NCBI GenBank assembly: GCA_017521945.1
Contig: JAFXBB010000126.1
Location: 1 to 52,981 of the forward strand
Source of the DNA: Alistipes sp.
GTDB taxonomy: Bacteria > Bacteroidota > Bacteroidia > Bacteroidales > Rikenellaceae
DNA length: 52,981 nt
Reading direction: 5' to 3'
Position numbers and translations under genes: made by a program. Numbering within the stretch: position 1 is the first letter of the stretch; every line of letters starts with the position of its first letter. Below the pieces are notes generated by a model. That model made no database searches and was not told the DNA's origin. It saw nothing but the letters and a program-made list of their open reading frames with translations. Positions 47,282-52,981 of this stretch are shown here, piece after piece.

Positions 47282-48964
47282 ATGTTAAACAGACTCTTCT
47301 CTTCTATCGCACTATTTGCGATGCTACTCACATCATGTGAGACACTTTCTGAGCCAACCGACGCTCCAAATAGTGAGTATACCGGGGACAAATTTAGTAT
47401 CACCTCTGGGGCTATTGTCAACATTGATGCAAAGGGTGGTGATGCAGAGATAGAGTACATTATCAACTATGAGGTTGAGGGTGCTGAGCTTACAGCATCC
47501 TCGGCCGATAGTTGGATTACAATCATCAATGTAGGTGAGAGTGTGACCTTTAGCGCAGATGCTAATTTGGAGGCACAACAGCGCATAGGTATTATCAGTC
47601 TCAGCTATGCTGATACCACAATCAATGTGGGCGTTCAGCAACTCGGAAGCAACTCTTCAAACACAGAAATCAACATCGCAGTGACCTCAGATCGCGTAAT
47701 CTCTTTCAACTCACTTGGAGGCGATGGCACCATAACATACACTGTAACCGATAACGATAACGATACAGAGACTCAGGTTACTGCTGACAGTGACAGTGAG
47801 TGGATTGCGATTATTGCGATTGATAGCCAGAGTGTAGACTTCACCGTGACACCGAACAACAACGCCGAGAAGCGTACAGGTCATATCTTCTTACGCTATA
47901 AGAGTGCAGAACTAAAGGTCACAATCAAGCAAGAGGCCATATCCGCAAAACCTATACTCTCAACAGAGAGTAATCCGATTAAGTTGGGTGGCGAGGTAAA
48001 GTTTACGGTCATCTCTGCAAATCAAGATATAACATCGGAGGCTAAAATATACGAATACTACTCTCGCAAGGAGGTTAGCAACCCTTACACGCCAACAGCC
48101 GAAGGCGAGGAGGTATTCTACGCAATGTATAACAACCTTAGCTCTGATGTATTGACGCTCTACATTATACCAGCCAATAGCGCTGATATACCTAAGGATA
48201 GCAACCCTTCAAGCTATGACTTTAAGTATCGTATGCTTCTTATCGACCATACAGGCACCAATTGTGGTTACTGTCCAAACATGATGAAGTCACTCAAAAC
48301 CGTTGAGGCAAATAGCCAGTACAACGACCAATATAATATCGCTATGGCTCACTCATACAACAACGACGATAAGGCATACTCCACCACAGCCCTTGCCATA
48401 CGCTACTATTACCAGAAAACTCTGGGCGTTCTCACAGGCTTCCCTACCTTGACATACAACTATCAGTATGGTGATAGTGCTGGCTCTAACCTTACATATA
48501 TATACAAGCACTTAGATCAGCTTAAGCGTGAAAAACAAGATGCGGCAGTGGCAGTAGCCACAGCGACCGAGGGCGATGACATTATCGTGACAACTGCCAT
48601 AAAGTCAAAGGTTAGTCGCCAATATAAGTACAATATCTACATCTTGGAGGATAATATCTATAGCCCACAATACAACGCCAGTGAGTCATGGATGAATACT
48701 CATAATAATGCCATTCGCCACTGTTATCCAGAGCTAACGCAGTATGAAGATATCTCAGGCGAGGTGTGGGGCTATGTTGATGGTGGTACCACAATGACTA
48801 AGACAGTGAGGGTCCCTATCACAAATAGTTCATGGGTACGCCAGAACCTTAAGATTTTGGTTGTTATATCCGCTAAGGATGCTGCCTACAACAATAAGTT
48901 TGAGGTTGTAAATACGGCGATGTGCCCAATTGATGGCAGTATTGGTTTTGAGTATATTAACTAA
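47282..48964 (+). CDS. BACON x2 + Omp28-like thioredoxin-fold lipoprotein
   Basis: LTSC lipobox; two BACON repeats; DHTGTNCGYCP, GFPT, LEDNI, HNNAIR, EVVN. Confidence 0.85.
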   Translation: MLNRLFSSIALFAMLLTSCETLSEPTDAPNSEYTGDKFSITSGAIVNIDAKGGDAEIEYIINYEVEGAELTASSADSWITIINVGESVTFSADANLEAQQRIGIISLSYADTTINVGVQQLGSNSSNTEINIAVTSDRVISFNSLGGDGTITYTVTDNDNDTETQVTADSDSEWIAIIAIDSQSVDFTVTPNNNAEKRTGHIFLRYKSAELKVTIKQEAISAKPILSTESNPIKLGGEVKFTVISANQDITSEAKIYEYYSRKEVSNPYTPTAEGEEVFYAMYNNLSSDVLTLYIIPANSADIPKDSNPSSYDFKYRMLLIDHTGTNCGYCPNMMKSLKTVEANSQYNDQYNIAMAHSYNNDDKAYSTTALAIRYYYQKTLGVLTGFPTLTYNYQYGDSAGSNLTYIYKHLDQLKREKQDAAVAVATATEGDDIIVTTAIKSKVSRQYKYNIYILEDNIYSPQYNASESWMNTHNNAIRHCYPELTQYEDISGEVWGYVDGGTTMTKTVRVPITNSSWVRQNLKILVVISAKDAAYNNKFEVVNTAMCPIDGSIGFEYIN

Positions 48965-48985
48965 TAACTATTATTATAACCTAAA

Positions 48986-50303
48986 ATGAAAAAATTACTT
49001 GCTCTATTTGCACTTTGCGCTATTGCTTTATGCTCATGCGAGCGTTCAAACGACAATCAGACACAAGGGTCTGACCTTATGCTTACTATCACATCCGATC
49101 AGTATATGAAATTTACTGAAGATGGTGGCGAAGGCATAATTGAGTTCTCTCTTACCGAAGCTGAGGGTACGCGCACGGAGGATACACCTACAGTTGAAGC
49201 TACATGTGATGCTGAGTGGATCACGATTAACGGCACCGTAGATAATTGCATTAGCTTTAATGTAGACCCTAACACAGGGGCAGAGCGTATGGCAACAATC
49301 CACATTGAGTACCTATCTCAATCTGAGCTTGTTGTTATCTCGCAGGCTGGTGGTGCGACTGTCAACACCACATTCACAGCCACACACCTCGGTGGCACAT
49401 ACTATGGACGCTTTCTTGGTGATCGAGGATATAACTTCTTTGTTATTCTCTCTGATATGCAACCCGAGAGCGTCTACACAAAGCCGTATGCTGCAACTGA
49501 GTACCGCTTCGACCTCTATTCAGGCGAAAGTTCTGCATTCAACTACACACATCGCATTCCTGTAGGCACATACACCATTGACCACGCGCGTTCGGGCGAT
49601 CCTTATACTATCGACGGCTACCGCGACTGTAGCTATTTGCTTACGGGCAATAACACAAGTACACCATACCTTGATGCCACATTGGTTGTAGATGAGGATA
49701 GCATCATTGCAGAGATCAAATTTATGGATGGCAGCGTTCACCGCGTTGAGTACCATGGCTCGCCAGTTTTGGGAGACTACTCTCAGCCTACATACGCTGA
49801 TATATCACCTGTGAGCCAGTACACTTCAGACATTAATTTTGATGTTAAGGAAGGTACTATCTCGGCATACTACCGCGGTGATTGGTTTGGCATTGGTCAC
49901 GACAACTGGTTCTTACACATGATTGAGGACAAGAATGGTGGCTTCAATGGTGTATACTTGATTTTTGATTTCCTTGTACCAAAGTCTTTGGGAGGATTTG
50001 ACAACAAGGAGGGATTTGTTGGTGAGTACACAATCTTCAGCGAACACCCCGATAGCTACGATTACACCATTCCTGAGGGTCGCTTGCGCGATGATCCAAC
50101 AACTTCACGCATGGTATCTATACTGCGTAAACGGTCAGGTAGATATGTCTATGGCAGCACCTATGAAGGGTGGTAGTGTTAAGGTCGAGAAGAGCGAAAA
50201 TGGGTATCTGCTCACCATCGATAGTATCGATGACAATGGCAACAAGATTCAGGGAACATTTGAGGCAGCAGTTAGCGACTACGACAACCAGAGCGTAGAG
50301 TAA
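48986..50303 (+). pseudogene. frameshifted BACON surface lipoprotein (B-Z-C)
   Basis: ORF 48986-50176 loses homology after GRLRDD; the family C-terminus (AWY...AAPMKGG...IDDNGNKIQG) continues in another frame to 50303; shift near 50096. Confidence 0.8.
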
Positions 50304-50334
50304 TTACTGAAGCTACCGATAATTACAAACAAAT

Positions 50335-50365
50335 GTGGGTGACTATTCTACTTTTAGTCACCCAC
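50335..50365. terminator. REP-like hairpin copy 7, terminator between convergent genes
   Basis: GTGGGTGACTA...TAGTCACCCAC+TTTT. Confidence 0.72.
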
Positions 50366-50373
50366 TTTTGTTT

Positions 50374-50565
50374 GGAGGTTGAATATAAAGATGTAGTTTT
50401 AGGCTTAACACCGCTCACGCTCTGCATAGCCTGCAAGCAGTCTCGGCTCTCGCTTAATCGGGGCGTTGCGAAGATAAAACAAACTGCTTCTAAGAAGCTG
50501 TTTCGGCTTTTATTAAAGATGTTTGCGTTGCTGCAAGACAAGTGTTTCGGTCTCTTTGAGGCTCC
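50374..50565. repeat. composite of MITE remnants
   Basis: 50374-50406 matches the 124-bp element end; AAACTGCTTC-TAA-GAAGCTGTTT junction at 50481-50503; 50494-50565 matches the first part of the 192-bp MITE. Confidence 0.6.
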
Positions 50566-51318
50566 TTATTCAGCCTCATACTTCCCTCTTCGAAACTCGG
50601 CAATAATTATTCCCGTTGCCATTGCCACATTCAACGACTCGGATGTAGGACAATTTGCTGGATATGGCGGAATGAAGAGTCTATCTGTCAACGCCTCTTG
50701 GCACTCGTCACTAAGCCCACGACCCTCATTGCCCATAACAATTACTCCCCTATTTTGCAACCTTTTAGAGTAGATATTCTCGCCATCAAGTAGCGTGCCA
50801 TAGATAGGCATACCGAGGTTCTTGGCCTCGTTTAGCACCTGGGCAAGGTTATCGACATAGTGTACCCTCACACGCAATATAGCACCCATTGTAGCCTGCA
50901 CGACCTTTGGATTAAAGCAATCGGCACACTCCTTAGAACATATCACATCCCTTACACCAAACCAGTCGGCAAGGCGAAGTATAGTACCCAAGTTCCCAGG
51001 GTTTTGAACACCATCCAGGGCCAAAACTAAATTATTAGCTATGCTGGATAGTTGTAGTCTATGGCGAGGCTGTTCGACAATAGCCACACAATCTGCAGGC
51101 GTCTTGAGTTGTGAGATACGCTCCATATCCTTACGCTCCACATACTCCACACCACGACCAGCAACATCCTTGCGAGTGGTGTAGATAGCGCGGATGCGAA
51201 AATCCGAATTTTGTATCTCCTCAACAAGTTTTGCACCTTCAGCGATAAAGAGGCGCTCCTTGTCACGCACACGCTTATCCGAGAGCGAGCGGACAAACTG
51301 TATCTCAGCCTTTGTCAT
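50566..51318 (-). CDS. TrmH/SpoU family RNA methyltransferase
   Basis: LDGVQNPGNLGTILR, MGNEGRG, ESLNVA. Confidence 0.95.
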   Translation of the reverse strand: MTKAEIQFVRSLSDKRVRDKERLFIAEGAKLVEEIQNSDFRIRAIYTTRKDVAGRGVEYVERKDMERISQLKTPADCVAIVEQPRHRLQLSSIANNLVLALDGVQNPGNLGTILRLADWFGVRDVICSKECADCFNPKVVQATMGAILRVRVHYVDNLAQVLNEAKNLGMPIYGTLLDGENIYSKRLQNRGVIVMGNEGRGLSDECQEALTDRLFIPPYPANCPTSESLNVAMATGIIIAEFRRGKYEAE

Positions 51319-51326
51319 CGTTTGAA

Positions 51327-52238
51327 CTATATAGTAAATGTTTCGCCTTCTGTGGCGATATCCGTATTTTCAAAGATTGTACGACACTCATCCCTAAGCT
51401 CCTCATGGTTCTTGTATCGAGATGAAAAGTGTCCAATGATTAGGCGTTTTGCCTCCGCCTTAAGAGCCACTTTTGCAGCCTCAATGGTCGTGGAGTGTCC
51501 TCGCCCCTTTGCCCACATCTCTTCGCTTTGAGAATATGTGGTTTCGTGATATAAAAGGTCTACCCCTCGAACTCTCTCTGCAGCTTTTGCCGAGTAGTTT
51601 GTATCCGAGAGATAGGCATACGAACGAGCCTTATAGGGTATATAAGTTAGCTCGGAGTTAGCTATAACCTCGCCACTCTCCAACACTATATCCTCACCAC
51701 GCTTGGCAGCGACAATCTGAGATATAGAGAGGTTATACTTCTCGATTTTGAACTTGTCTACATTGAGTCCCGGCTGCTTCTCCTTAAAGTGATAGCCCGC
51801 CGTAGGGACACGATGACGCAACGGCACGGACCACACCTCCAAACTACTATTCTCGAAGATTATCTGATGCTCCGTGGTCCTTACCTCGTGCCATTTAACC
51901 TCGTATGGCAGATCATCCCAGAAGTACTTACGATGATACTCCAATATATCGCCCATAGGTGCTGGAGCATAGATATCAAGAGGTGTACGCTTGCCCTCTA
52001 ATCCAAGTGTTGCGATTAACGGAAAGAGCCCAAAGCAGTGGTCTCCATGTAGATGTGAAATAAAGACAGCCCTAAGGCGCAGCGGATTAATGCCACGCCT
52101 TATGAGCTGCTGTTGTACCCCCTCACCAGCATCCACCAAGTAGTACTGCTCATTTAGGTTTACCACCTGAGCTGATGGATGTGCCTTTGGGGTTGGTTTA
52201 GCAGATGAATTTCCGAGTATCGTAACCGAAAATGCCAC
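51327..52238 (-). CDS. rnz: ribonuclease Z
   Basis: ILGNSSA, DAGEG, HLHGDH, SDT, HETTY, HST, HFSSRY; probable GTG start at 52238. Confidence 0.93.
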   Translation of the reverse strand: MAFSVTILGNSSAKPTPKAHPSAQVVNLNEQYYLVDAGEGVQQQLIRRGINPLRLRAVFISHLHGDHCFGLFPLIATLGLEGKRTPLDIYAPAPMGDILEYHRKYFWDDLPYEVKWHEVRTTEHQIIFENSSLEVWSVPLRHRVPTAGYHFKEKQPGLNVDKFKIEKYNLSISQIVAAKRGEDIVLESGEVIANSELTYIPYKARSYAYLSDTNYSAKAAERVRGVDLLYHETTYSQSEEMWAKGRGHSTTIEAAKVALKAEAKRLIIGHFSSRYKNHEELRDECRTIFENTDIATEGETFTI

Positions 52239-52249
52239 CTCCACCTCTC

Positions 52250-52981
52250 TTACTGAGCAAGCAACCAACGCTCGCAGTCCAAAGCAGCGATACAGCCAGA
52301 ACCTGCAGCTGTAATAGCCTGACGGTAGTGTGGGTCCTTAACATCACCCGCAGCAAATACACCCTCAACAGAGGTCTTAGATGTACCCGGAGTAACCTTG
52401 ATGTAACCCTGCTCGTCAAGCTCCAACTGACCCTTGAAGACCTCAACATTTGGATGGTGACCAATAGCGAGGAAGAAGCCCATGATATCGAGTACACGCT
52501 CCTCACCAGAGGTGCTTACCACGCGTACGCCTGTTACGCCATCCTCATCACCAAGCACCTCCTTAGTGTTATGCTCGAAGAGTACCTCGATGTTTGGAGT
52601 GTTGAACACACGCTCCTGCATAGCCTTAGAGGCACGGAGGTAGTTCTTACGAACGATAAGATATACCTTCTTACAGATAGATGCAAGGTATGTAGCCTCC
52701 TCACAAGCAGTGTCACCACCACATACTACAGCTACATCCTGCTTACGATAGAAGAAACCGTCGCATGTAGCACATGCCGAAACACCCATGCCGCGGAACT
52801 TAGCCTCAGACTCCAAACCAAGATACTTAGCCGATGCACCTGTAGCTACGATAACTGCATCAGCCTCAATCTCATGCTCATGATCAACAACAGCCTTGAA
52901 AGGACGCTGTGAAAGGTCGATGCTTGTGATGATACCCTTGCGTACATCTGCACCAAAGCGCAAAGCCTGCTTACGCAAATC
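52250..52981 (-). CDS. trxB: thioredoxin reductase (5'-truncated by window edge)
   Basis: ATGASA, SACATCDG, AIGHHPN, FAAGDV, QAITAAGSG. Confidence 0.96.
   Translation of the reverse strand, partial: DLRKQALRFGADVRKGIITSIDLSQRPFKAVVDHEHEIEADAVIVATGASAKYLGLESEAKFRGMGVSACATCDGFFYRKQDVAVVCGGDTACEEATYLASICKKVYLIVRKNYLRASKAMQERVFNTPNIEVLFEHNTKEVLGDEDGVTGVRVVSTSGEERVLDIMGFFLAIGHHPNVEVFKGQLELDEQGYIKVTPGTSKTSVEGVFAAGDVKDPHYRQAITAAGSGCIAALDCERWLLAQ

Noticed and set aside
28592-50303. Polysaccharide utilisation locus, shufflon or complete DGR
   Set aside because: No SusC/SusD, glycoside hydrolase, adjacent recombinase, promoterless cassettes or reverse transcriptase; the longest identity noticed between paralogs is only 22 bp (36414 vs 40141)
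49965-50303. Independent 112-aa gene
   Set aside because: Only the part after ~50097 is homologous to the family; it is the shifted C-terminus of 48986

Overview
This window is chromosomal DNA from a Bacteroidales bacterium, probably Alistipes/Rikenellaceae-like; this is inferred from gene content, TAnnTTTG promoters and lipoprotein style. The left part (1-28.5 kb) is mostly minus-strand housekeeping: infC, thrS, pdxA, obgE, hpf, xerC, lspA, tRNA-Leu(CAG), the ppiD-hlyC-lptC-TPR-barrel-coaX envelope operon, mfd, RNase E/G, an unannotated 29-aa bS22-like ORF, HU, tsaE, porX, a NUDIX hydrolase and an S9 peptidase. The right part (28.6-50.3 kb) is a ~22-kb co-oriented array of 12 predicted lipoproteins plus one GT2. 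Most are built combinatorially from BACON/FN3/Ig stalks and a few shared uncharacterised beta-rich modules. Five share a conserved C-terminal module, and one of these is frameshifted. There is no SusC/SusD or hydrolase in the array. The intergenic DNA holds at least five families of short palindromic repeats: a 192-bp MITE with TWA target duplications at stop codons, a ~127-bp covarying hairpin abutting three TAA stops, a related 124-bp TIR element, 9-bp-periodic hairpins and a ~33-bp REP-like hairpin. The window ends with TrmH, RNase Z and a partial trxB. All calls come from manual reading; no searches were run.
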